Translations under genes and position numbers: made by a program
The notes under the pieces: generated by a model
Seen by the model: only the letters and a program-made list of their open reading frames with translations
What the model was told of the DNA's origin: nothing
The model's database searches: none
In this document: one piece after another, positions 1 through 11,000 of the stretch
How the letters are laid out: every line of letters begins with the position of its first letter
Position numbering within the stretch: position 1 is the stretch's first letter
Assembly (NCBI GenBank): GCA_965603825.1
Contig: CBFDEM010000050.1
Span: 310,001 to 374,000 of the forward strand
From: Blepharisma stoltei ATCC 30299
Taxonomy: Eukaryota > Protista > Ciliophora
Direction of reading: 5' to 3'
DNA: 64,000 nucleotides

Positions 1-232
1 TTTCTTCATCTGCTTTCGGACTTTCACCTTTTGTACTTAGAACTTCTGGCTCCATATCCAATTCATTTTCTGAAATCTGCAAAAATGACGAAGATTTTTC
101 AGAGTATCTCTGCTCTGGGACTATATCTGGACGTTTAAACAGTTCTTTATGTGCCAGGTGTTCTCTAATTCTTTGCTCCAACAATTGTTTTTTTGCCTTA
201 TTTTTTTGAGTTATTTGATCGTTTGCTTTCAT
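1..232 (-). CDS. 5' part of an unknown protein (runs off the window edge)
   Basis: ATG at 232 in the AAATATG context seen at other starts; open frame MKANDQITQKNKAKKQLLEQRIREHLAHKELFKRP... to base 1 with no stop. Confidence 0.65.
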   Translation of the reverse strand, partial: MKANDQITQKNKAKKQLLEQRIREHLAHKELFKRPDIVPEQRYSEKSSSFLQISENELDMEPEVLSTKGESPKADEE

Positions 233-247
233 ATTTAAGAATTATTA

Positions 248-1576
248 TTAGTAACTAGGGTAATTTGTAAAAGAATCAATCGCTTCAGTAAGTTTATTGA
301 CTTCAGCAGTTCGTTGGTTTAAAAGCTCCATTTTCATTTTTGCAAATTGTTTTCGCTCCAGTTTTTCCTGCCTTTCTTTTTCTCTAAAAGCTTCTAACTG
401 CTTTTTCAGCTCGAAATTTTCTCCTTTAACTTGCACCATAAAAGTGTCAAAATCAGTATTTTTTTTAGAATTTTCTTCAAGTTCTTGTTGGAGTTTTTGA
501 ATTTTTATATGTAAACGATTTTTTTCTTCATCTTGCTTTGATAAAGATGCTTGTAAAGATGATATTAAGGATTCATCTTCTTTTGATTTCATACGAAGAT
601 CCATGATAGTATTTTCCTGACGAGAAATCAATTCAATTGCCCTATTGAGTTCACTATTGAGTGACTGAAATTCTTCAGAGATATTTTCCTTATAATTTGA
701 GGTGAATGATTTTAGATCTTTTATCTCTTTTTCACTGATTTCTTGGATTCTTCTCAACTCTTCGTTTTTTTTCCTTTCCTTTTGCAGATTGTTTTCAAGA
801 TCTTGAACTTTTTGGGAACTGTAGTATAACTTTTCATTATTTTCTTTAAGCTCTCTTATATTGCTTGCTAGAATATTTTTTTCTTGTGAAAGCTCAGATA
901 TTTGATCTTTCAAGACTTTCTCAAAGTTCTTCCAAGTTCTCAACTGTTCATTTGCGTGCTTATCTCTTTCTTTCGCCATCGAAATCTCTTCATCAAGTCT
1001 ATCTTCAGCCTGCTTATTTATTTTCTTATATTTCTCCACTTCTGCAAGCAAAAATGTTGTTTCTTCGTTTTTTTCTTTAAACTGTTCTCTTAAGGCTTTG
1101 ATTTCTTTATTTTTTTCATCTCTTTCTTTCATTACAATTATCTGCATTTCCCTCAACGATCTCTCATACTCCTCAACTTGTTTCCTCATACTTTCTCTCA
1201 GTTCATCATTTTCTCTATCTCTATCTTTTATTTGTTCACTTAGATCATATATTTGCTTCTCAAGGTTTCCAATTTCGCTTCTTTTCCCTCTTGAATTTCT
1301 TATTTCTTCTTCCAGCTCCAAAATCCTTTGATCTTTCTTTAACACTTCCCTTCTAAACTGTTCAATTTTTTCTCTCTGCATTTTAAGCCCTTGTATATAC
1401 CTTTCCTCTTCTTGCATTTCCCTCATTTCAATAGCTCGAATTGAATCAAAGTCATTGACAATAAATTTTGATGGATTATTGTTGGGTGATGCATTATAAA
1501 AGTCAGCTGGTCCTGGAGTATCTGAAATTCTGCTGCGTTCAGCTGATTTTTCATTTTCTCTATGGTAAAGAGCCAT
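248..1576 (-). CDS. Long coiled-coil protein, 442 aa, function unknown
   Basis: Uninterrupted ORF ending in TAA; E/K/Q/R/L-rich heptad-like composition. Confidence 0.8.
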   Translation of the reverse strand: MALYHRENEKSAERSRISDTPGPADFYNASPNNNPSKFIVNDFDSIRAIEMREMQEEERYIQGLKMQREKIEQFRREVLKKDQRILELEEEIRNSRGKRSEIGNLEKQIYDLSEQIKDRDRENDELRESMRKQVEEYERSLREMQIIVMKERDEKNKEIKALREQFKEKNEETTFLLAEVEKYKKINKQAEDRLDEEISMAKERDKHANEQLRTWKNFEKVLKDQISELSQEKNILASNIRELKENNEKLYYSSQKVQDLENNLQKERKKNEELRRIQEISEKEIKDLKSFTSNYKENISEEFQSLNSELNRAIELISRQENTIMDLRMKSKEDESLISSLQASLSKQDEEKNRLHIKIQKLQQELEENSKKNTDFDTFMVQVKGENFELKKQLEAFREKERQEKLERKQFAKMKMELLNQRTAEVNKLTEAIDSFTNYPSY

Positions 1577-1649
1577 TTACTTTTATTTTTTGAATTATTT
1601 GATTTTGAAATTTGAGGAGATGAGTTAAATTTCTGTCTTATAATGGTAA

Positions 1650-3242
1650 ATGGAAAACAATCATAAACTTACAGATTTCGTAATTCAAAAAGAACTTGGC
1701 CGCGGAAGCTTTGGAATTGTATTTTTAGTACAAAATACAAGAAACCGCAAATTTTATGTGCTAAAGCGCATCAACTTAGGCCTTTTAACCATAAAGCAAA
1801 AGAAAGCAGCACTCAGAGAAGCAGAAATTTTGAAACAATTAGACCATCCACATATTATTAAATATCATGCATCCTTTCTAGAAGATAATGACCTCTCATT
1901 GATTATGGACTATGCAGAAGGTGGAGATCTGCAACAGTTGCTGCTTAAACACAGACTAAGAAAGAAAAATTTCAACGAAAAAGAACTATGGAGATTTGCA
2001 AATGAATTATGTTCAGCCGTGAGCTACTTGCATAGCAGAAAAATCATACATAGGGATATTAAGTGTCATAATGTATTCTTAACTAAAGACCACTCAGTAA
2101 AGTTGGGCGATTTAGGAGCTTCAAAAATGGTCAGTGCAGAAATGCAGGCTACAAGAGTAGGGACTCCTTTATATTTAGCCCCAGAAATGGTCAAGCAGCA
2201 GCCCTATGACTTTAAGGTCGATGTATGGGCAATAGGCTGTGTTTTATATAACTTAGCCTCATTAGAGTCTCCATTTGTAGGGAGAAATTTAATAACTCTT
2301 GGTATTTCTATAGTAAACAAAATACCAAAGCCACTTCCATCTGGATACTCTAAAAGGCTTTCTGAGTTAATAATGAAGCTTTTAGAGAAAAAACCCATAG
2401 AGAGACCAAGCATGCAAGAGACTATGCAGTTTCTACAGAATGAACTGACTAATTTTAATAGTGTAGAAATCGACGAAATGAGCACGATGTGTACACTAAA
2501 TAAAAGTATTGAACCTTACTATCCTTCAGTATCAAAAATACCAAATCCGACTTCTTGCAAACCGTTTACTATTTGTAACGTCCCAGAAAAAGCAAGGTTT
2601 TATGATGACCGAGAAGAAGAAAAAATCATCAAAAGACCTTCAACGCAGCCTGGGAGACCAAGAACGGCTGGGCTTGAAAAGCTTTTAGCGAGGAGAGAAA
2701 TTGCGTCAATAAACCCATATATTTCACCTCAGGCTTCACAAGGAAGCTATTATGTGGAGAAGGTAAGCTTTTCGAATAATTTGAGACATTGCGATTCTGA
2801 AGGCATAAATAAAAAACTGAGAAAAGATCCGATACCAATTTTCCCAAGGAAATCGTCAATTCCAGTTATTCCATTATTATCGTCATCTCAGACATCAATA
2901 TCAAATATTATTGACAAAAGGCTTGACCAAGCTCCTGTTATAATAAGAGCTACGCCAACGTCAGTTGGTACTATTAAGCCAAGCTCTCCTCATCCGCAGC
3001 AAGCTCCACCAGGAGTTATATTGAAGCCTCAGCTTGCAAGACCTCAAACTTCTCAGCCTAGAATAGCATTGCAAGGAAATTTTACAAGACCAAAATCTGC
3101 TGTTAGCAGAGAAAATATTTTATTCACGACTCCAGCGTTAAAATCTCTTGTAAAATCTAATGCTGCCATCAAGCTTTCCTTAAGCCAAGAGTCATCGAGC
3201 ATCAAGAAAAAACCAAGTATTATTGATTTAAAATGTTTGTAA
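1650..3242 (+). CDS. NIMA-related (NEK family) Ser/Thr kinase, 530 aa
   Basis: LGRGSFG, VLKRI, HPHIIKY, MDYAEGGDL, HRDIKCHNVFL, KLGDLG, GTPLYLAPE, DVWAIG; the N-terminal kinase domain with a basic S/P-rich tail is typical of NEKs. Confidence 0.92.
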   Translation: MENNHKLTDFVIQKELGRGSFGIVFLVQNTRNRKFYVLKRINLGLLTIKQKKAALREAEILKQLDHPHIIKYHASFLEDNDLSLIMDYAEGGDLQQLLLKHRLRKKNFNEKELWRFANELCSAVSYLHSRKIIHRDIKCHNVFLTKDHSVKLGDLGASKMVSAEMQATRVGTPLYLAPEMVKQQPYDFKVDVWAIGCVLYNLASLESPFVGRNLITLGISIVNKIPKPLPSGYSKRLSELIMKLLEKKPIERPSMQETMQFLQNELTNFNSVEIDEMSTMCTLNKSIEPYYPSVSKIPNPTSCKPFTICNVPEKARFYDDREEEKIIKRPSTQPGRPRTAGLEKLLARREIASINPYISPQASQGSYYVEKVSFSNNLRHCDSEGINKKLRKDPIPIFPRKSSIPVIPLLSSSQTSISNIIDKRLDQAPVIIRATPTSVGTIKPSSPHPQQAPPGVILKPQLARPQTSQPRIALQGNFTRPKSAVSRENILFTTPALKSLVKSNAAIKLSLSQESSSIKKKPSIIDLKCL

Positions 3243-3253
3243 ATATTTTTCGC

Positions 3254-3766
3254 TTAATTTAACATCCTATTAACATATTCCTTTAAATCATAATCTTTGT
3301 CATTTTCTCCATATTCCCATTTATCCCATAAATGCGTTATAGGTCTTGTAGATTTTGAATTTTTTATGTTAGGAATTTTATTATTTTCTTTATTTTCTTT
3401 GGATTTTGGAGAAATTGATAGAGCTCTGATTGGGACCAAGTGCTTAAATAACAATTTTGGTTTATTGATTTTTGGGATATGAGCCACTTTTGAGTTGAAA
3501 TTTATGGTGCTGCAGCTTGAAGAGCATTTTTTGATGTTTAGAACTTCTGAAAAATTATCTGCGTCTGTTAGAGTTTTGAGTGAAGAGTTTTCAGCTGTTC
3601 CGTTAAAATCTGTCTTGCTAGAATTTGAGCTATAAAGATAATGATTTTTAGGCAAACTTTCTGTAATAATTAAAGTTCTCCCCAGCGGCGGTTTATTAGA
3701 CCTAGTTCTATTAAATTGGCTCAAAAACTGGGGATTGTTTCCTCCCTTGATTAAAGATCCTTTCAT
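3254..3766 (-). CDS. Hypothetical low-complexity basic protein, 170 aa
   Basis: ORF fills the gap between two kinases; AAATATG start context; TAA stop 11 bp from the NEK stop; no recognisable domain. Confidence 0.6.
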   Translation of the reverse strand: MKGSLIKGGNNPQFLSQFNRTRSNKPPLGRTLIITESLPKNHYLYSSNSSKTDFNGTAENSSLKTLTDADNFSEVLNIKKCSSSCSTINFNSKVAHIPKINKPKLLFKHLVPIRALSISPKSKENKENNKIPNIKNSKSTRPITHLWDKWEYGENDKDYDLKEYVNRMLN

Positions 3767-3923
3767 ATTTAAAAATAGCAGTTATTTTCTTCTCAAAACA
3801 TAAGCGCATTTCCAGGTATTTTTAATCCCAGTATCCTGCAATTTTCTTAAAATATTTACGTCTAAACTCCTAATAAGACCATAAAAAAAATCCATTTCCT
3901 TGATCATTATTAATTTCTAACAT

Positions 3924-4958
3924 ATGGAACTACGAGTCGGAGGCAAATACCGAGTTGGCAGGAAAATTGGCAGTGGCTCATTCGGTCAAATTTATTTGGG
4001 CGCAAATATCCAAACAAACGAAGAAATCGCGATAAAGCTAGAGAAAAATAATACCAGACATCCCCAACTCCAATTCGAATCTCGCATCTATAGAATCTTG
4101 CAAGGCGGGCAAGGAATCCCTATGATCCATTGATATGGAGTAGAAGGCGATTATAACGTGCTGGTGATGGATTTACTAGGACCTTCGCTAGAAGATCTCC
4201 TCAAATTTTGTGGACAAAGGTTTTCTGTTAAAACAACCCTTGTCTTGGCAGAACAGATCATTTCCAGACTTGAATTCATGCACGAAAAAAATCTAATCCA
4301 CCGTGACGTCAAGCCTGACAACTTTTTGATCGGGTTGCGGAGAAATGAAAGCCAAATTTATGCAATTGATTTTGGCCTCGCAAAACAGTATCGGGATCCC
4401 AGAACGAATCAGCATATTCCGTACAAAGAAGGGAAAAGCTTAACTGGGACAGCCCGATATGCGTCTATTTTTACTCATATGGGCATAGAACAGTCAAGAA
4501 GAGATGATCTTGAAGGACTCGGGTATGTTTTGATGTATTTTTTAAGAGGAAGTCTGCCATGGCAAGGGCTCCAAGGGAACAATAGAAAAGAAAAATACAG
4601 AAATATTATGGATAGGAAAATAAATACACCTGTAGAAGTCCTTTGTGAAGGCTTCCCTGTTGAGTTTGTGAACTTTATCAATTATGCGAGGGCTTTGAGG
4701 TTTGACGAAAGGCCAGATTATGGGTATTTAAAAAGGCTATTTAAAGATGAATTTATGAGGCAAAATTATCAACAGGATTTTCTGTTTGATTGACAGCTGG
4801 TGAAAAGAAAACAAGAAACACAAAAATCACCGGAAGGACAGGAGGGACAGGAGGCTAGAAACCAAATACAAAAGTCACCAATTCGAGGATCACCAATGGG
4901 GAATAGGGGCGCGACTTTTGCAACAGCAAATGGTAGACAAGCTTTAAGGAGATTATAA
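3924..4958 (+). CDS. CK1: Casein kinase 1, 344 aa (two UGA=Trp codons)
   Basis: [58 protein letters not shown] at 4131 and 4791 fall on Trp positions typical of CK1 ([11 protein letters not shown]; FLFD-W). The frame closes at TAA 4956-4958. Confidence 0.96.
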
Positions 4959-5032
4959 CCCGTGAAATTATAATATTTTAAATAGATTATTTTTTATATA
5001 AAAAGCTAGATCAGCACTTGTATTAATTTATT

Positions 5033-8000
5033 CTAAAACCATTTAAGTGACGAAGCACTGATTGGTTCTTGTATTGACATTTCTAATTTTTGATGGATAT
5101 TTTGTACATCAATATTTTCTTCGATTATTGACATTATTTTAGTCATATCGGCTTCTCCTTCATCTCTTAGTATATAGTATAGCAATGGCTCTATTTGAGA
5201 TTTTTGCTTAAGTATCAGCTTCATTGAATTGGAAATCACTGCAGGCATCAAACCTTTGATTCCAGCTTCACCAATTAAATATTTGATATTCGGCGTTAGG
5301 CGGACTCCAATAGTACCTTCATAGTTTGAAATTAAAGGAAGATCAGAAAACCCTAGCTCTAAAGTACCAGATGTCTTAGAGATCCAGAGCCTAGTCAATA
5401 GCTGCTGATTTATTGGGATTTCTAAAAGCTCAGCTAGAACATAAAATAATCCCCATTGTGCAGTAAATTGTTTTGAAAAGACTGCAAACCTGTCAGGAGA
5501 CTGCAAGCACCTTTGTATATATGAGCTAAACAAATGTTCAGGCACAATTTCATCATTATCTTCAAATATCCAAAAATCAGGGTCGTTTCCTGTTTCATCT
5601 ACCGTTAAATTATAAATTTCATTCAAAGATATAGAGCCTGACCTCATTTCTACTAGCGAATGCCTTGAGTCTATTGGGACTTGCTCTTGTATGTCAAAGT
5701 TTGACCCCTGTATCCTGTGACTAATTTTATGTCCATGCACAATAAAGCAGTGATTTAAATTTTTCATTATTTGTGTCAGCCTATAAGAACTATGTGAAAA
5801 CGGTGCATTTACAGCAACCATAAAAGTATAATCTTTTCCATTAGACCCTCTTATAGTCAAAGCTCTGTTGCTGTTTTTTCCTCTAATAGGGACTATTTTT
5901 GGCAAAAATCTTTCCAAAATGACTTTTTCAGTCCCAGGGATTTCTATTTCTTTTGAATAAAATGTGCTGAGGTCTATGCACTCTTGGTCCAAATATTTCA
6001 GATCATTTAGTTTAATTTCTTGTGATAGCCTGTCTTTCCATTTTTTCAGGTTTAGCTGGATTTGTCTGAGATTTCCATAGATATTTTCATTGAAATCATT
6101 CATGAAGTCTTCATGGTATTTTTCAATAAATTCGACATTATCATCTCTATTGAAAAACTTGTCATCAATTGACTCAAAAGTTTCTTGGACGTGCTCCTCA
6201 GTGATTTCTTCGTTGGTGATAAAGGTAAGCTGAAGAAGATTGGAAATGGTGTTGTAGAAATCTTCTTCTATAGAAACTTTTAGGTTTTGTGATAAGTTTT
6301 GACAGAGGATTTCTAAGGTTTGGATTAGGATAGGATGCTTCTTGCGAAGCTCTCCCATAAGCAGCTGAGGATAGCGGAGTTTTTCATTGAGAACTTCTGT
6401 AGGGGAGCTCGCATATTGGTCGTTAATTTCTAAAATGAGACTTCTGAGGTGATAGAAGAGCGATTGAGGCTTTTGAGTTGCAATCTTAATGAGCAGCTTG
6501 TAAATAGCGTCAGAATTAGGCCTACCGAGGCTGGATAATAGTTGAGGAATCCAATTAGCCATAAGACTTAAAGAAATCCTGTCTGAAAACTCTTCAAATG
6601 AGCTAGGACTGTCACAATTTTCTAATAAAAGCAGTATTTTTGGAATATAAAGACGATATTTCTGCAAATTTGACTGTATTCCTAATAAATAAGCTACCAT
6701 TGCTTGAGTCGCCATTTCTGGTGATCTATTCTCTTCATAGTCCTTGGATATTAAATGTGCCCAGCTGAGCCAATTTTTCATAATTTTTGGACTCGTGGCT
6801 GCTGCATTGCTAAAGCAGTTCTTTGATTTTTCTTCATCATTAATCCTTGAATATATGATTCCTTTTAGCCTCTTAAACTCACTTATTTTAGTTGGGTCGA
6901 TATTGGTATTTTCCTGTGAGTAAAATCTTGCTAAATTAAGAGCTCCTTCATAATACTCAGTTGACATACAGAGTTTTATTTTTTCTTTAGCAATAAGGAA
7001 CATCTCTGATTGGGATTCTTCATTTGTTAAATTTTCGAGGATGCTGGCTGCTTTACTATAGATTCCAGCCTTTCTGCACAGCTTTGCGTGTGTCACATCA
7101 GTCCAGGTTGAGTCTTGCAAATTGCCAATTTCTGAAGCACTTATGTAGTTAGGATTTTTTTGTGCAATAATTCCCATGTGTTTGAAAAACACTTTTCTTG
7201 TTTTTAATATTGAACCCCACATTCTTGGGCCGTCTTGAGGGCTGATTTTTCTCCTTCTTCACTTATTGATGCTTTCTACCAAGTCAATTGGTGTTTTATT
7301 AGCTGACAAATGGTCTTCCATGGCTTTTAGCATAACCAATCCTTCATAGAATTCATATTTTAGCTCTAATTGTTGCATTATTGGTATATGCGCTGCGGAT
7401 GGGTACTTTGGTATAGCTGCCCATTCTTGCAACAGCCCCATAGTTCCGAATTCATTTTTCTTTTCTAATTCTCTGATAGAATTATTATCATCTGAGCTTT
7501 GAGCTAAATCAGCTACACAGAAATAGTAGATGCATGTAGGATGGAACGAAATATTGAGTTTATGGCAAAGCGATTTCATCTTGCCAAACTCGTCACTCTG
7601 CCAATAGCTTTCAACCAGTGACAAATCCTGCCTAGGCTCTCCATACTCTACAAGTGTGGTCCAATCGCCAAGCCTTTCTACACTTTCCCTTCAGGAATTT
7701 TCCAAAATATCAACATCTTCAGTCTCGCCTGATCCCAAAATTCTTTCAAACTCCGTACGAGCTTTGTCCCAGTCTGCAACTAAAAAGGTGTTTAATGATA
7801 ATTTTGTGGTCTCATTGCCTGCTCGGATCATTTTCCAGCCGATTTCAAGCTCCCTTTCACTGAGTCTATGGTAGAGATTTTCAAGTAAATAGATGTATTT
7901 ATCGGACTCTGGGAGATACTTTGTATAAGCCTGAAGCAAAGGAATAGCAATGTTCCATGAGTTGTGGGCAGTTGCTAAGAAGTGAATAATTTCTGGCCTG

Positions 8001-11000
8001 ATTATGGGGAGTGGGTAGCATGATGAGACAGCTGTAAGAATTGTTTTAGCAGAGTTGTGGTATACTGGTTCTGGAGCCAGCCTGTTAGTTAATAAATTTT
8101 CTATTGAATATGTCAGAGCTGTTTGTTGGGTTTTATTGAAAGACTCCCATAACTGTGGGAACAGATAAGTAAACAAATAATGAGAAATCGGTAAATTCAA
8201 TAGCTGTCGCAGCGGCGCAATCAAGTCTTTAGCATATTTCACTTTTTTATGAGTAATGTACCATACATGCTGCCTCAAAAACTCCGCAATATCTCTGTCC
8301 ATCCCCCAGTCGGCTTCTTCTTCCATTTCGTCATCTTCTACTACCACACTTTCTTCAAGTGCTCCCAAAATGATGTCAATTGAAGCTTTGGTCCATGCCT
8401 TCGACTCACTGCAGTCTTGCTGCTCAAATGCAAACTGTAAGCGCCTCCATATAGAAGTCCCAATCATCTGCTTTAATAAATTGTTGAAGGCTGACTTCAT
8501 CTCATGACTTGGATCTTTTAAGAGATACTGCAAAACTGCTTTACAAAGCGCTATACGAGGCTCATATACAGAGGATTCTGCAGATAAAACACGAAGACTT
8601 AGCTGGAGAGGCGCTGAAGCGTTCTGGATTTCTAGCTTAGGAGATGAGAAAAGCTTCAAAAGCATTGAGCATTGGTCTTTTATAGTTAGTTGAGAATCTT
8701 CAGGGCATTGAGTTATCCAGACTTCCATAAGGCTGCAAGCTTCAAGCATGATTTTGGGGTCAGTGCTGCCTTCAAATATGATAATTATAATATTTTTTAG
8801 TGCACGCTTGTTCTCGTCTGCAAGAAGAGTAATATTGTTTTGAATTATTTTGAGGGATGTAAGAAGGGCATCAAATTTATTTTCCTTGCCAATTGTGTCT
8901 TGGAAAAGCTCTTTTACGAGGGTTGTTGTCATCTGCAATAGACCTTTCATATGGTTCGTCACATCTTTTGGAGAAAAGTCTGCAACTACTGCGAGTAGCT
9001 TTACGGTCCACAAGTAATTTTGTTGGGAAGTATCTGCGAAAGAAGCTTCTAAAATTTCATTTAGTTGTCCTTTTAAGTCTGAAGCTCTTGAGTTTAGTAG
9101 CAATTCAATAATATCGCAAAGTGTTTTTATAAGTGGTGGACTTTCTGTAATTTTTACTTGTAAAGCTAGATATTTTGTTAATTCTGGGTACTGCACAATA
9201 GCCATCCTTGTGTTATGTTCTGATAATATTTTGACAATATTTAAGCTTCTCTCTAATAATTTCTTCAATGCATCAGCAGAAGACCCTCTTTGTTGATGCT
9301 GCTGTACTAAATTCACACATTTCTTCAGAGCTTCTGTCCAGTTTTTAGCTTTAAATGTAACCTCTCCCCAGAGCCTCAAAGCATTTTTCATGTTATTGAT
9401 GCATCTTACACTTAAAAAGTTCATTTGCTCAAATGTTCTTTGTGGAGTTCTGCTTATATACAATGCTGGAGCTTGGCCAAATCTTGCGAAAAAGTTGATA
9501 AGCATTTCTTTATGTGGAGCAGTTATATAAGAATCTCCTATTTCCTTAGCGTGTCTATCAGACCAATCAATCATGACTGCAGTTAAATCTAGTAGTGTCT
9601 TTTTCGCGTTATAATTTGAGTGAAGCCCTAGGCCTAAGTGATTGATTCAGTTCAAAAAATGGCTTGTAAGGCCTTCTCTAATATAATAAAAGACATGGGC
9701 ATTTTTTATTATAATATCAATCACATGCATCATAGATTGAAATTGTCGAGTTTCTTGCAGCAAATTTTTCCTTACAAATTCTGTAAGATATTCACGAAGA
9801 CGGGACTCTTTAAATAGGTTTATAAGCTTTTCTGAAAGATAAGTGAATGCTTGCTGAGAAGACTGAGCTAGCTCGCTATGGTGAGCTTTTAATAGAGCAC
9901 CTAAAAGCTGAACTGTCAAAGTATCCGGAAGATTATAAATATTAATAAATCTTGCAACATTTACATAAGCACTTCCTTTGATAAACGGGTTTTCAGATTT
10001 TATCATTCCCCAGCAGAATTTTATAAGCTCTTTTCTATGTGGGAAAAATTCTTGGTTTAGGTTTTCTATAAAGAGTGACCCTAAATTCATCAATTGGACA
10101 CAGCAGGTATTTGAAATATCATTTAGGTGTTTTCTTATAAGTTTTATTGTTGAGACTTGCAGAGATTTTGTTAAAATAGTTTTTCCATTTTCCTGCTTAA
10201 AAGTTTCAGACAAGAAAGGAATTGTGAAGAATTCAAGGACTTTTGACTTTTGCTGAGAATGGACTTGGGGGTCATGCAAAAACTGCATCAGCTTTTTCAA
10301 GGTTTTATATTTTTCTTCTAAAGTTAATATAGATGGGAGTTCCTTTTGCAAGAAATCAGACAGGAAGTCGGTATTCCATATTTGTTTTCTGCCAAAAGCT
10401 AATGGGATTTCAAATAGAATCTGCTTGATTCCGTCTTTGTGGTTATATCTGATAAAGCTAACAAAGGCTTTTATCATGTATTTCTCAATGTAGCCTTTTT
10501 CAATAATTAGTGCCTCGTTTTGGATTTCTTGGTCTATCATTGATTTCCATACTTTATACAAAGCATCAATTAAATCTTGCTTTGAGCTTATTCATCTCGG
10601 CATATACTTCACAAGACAATTAAGCATTTTCAGCCCTTCAGACAGAAATTCAGGACTCCCAGTACTGAAAAATTTGTCTCTTAAAGTGGCCTGATACCTT
10701 TGTGCTATGCATTCACGTAGAGGGTATCCAGCTGGATGTCCTAGAAGCCCAATGAAATAGTTGAGAAGTCTTTTTTCTGTGAATTTATCCTCAAAGAAAA
10801 ATTTCAGTGTTTCATTAGGGAATCTTGATAGGTACCTGATTAATGGAACTGTGAAATAAGAATTTAAAAATCCTTGTAAAGAGTTTTTCTGAAGACTTTC
10901 TTCTGATTTAATAAAGCCTGTAATAACTGGAGTAAGTATTTCAACTGCACAGCTGGGCATTAAATGGAAAAGATTTGCGATAGCTGGTACCAAAGGAATT

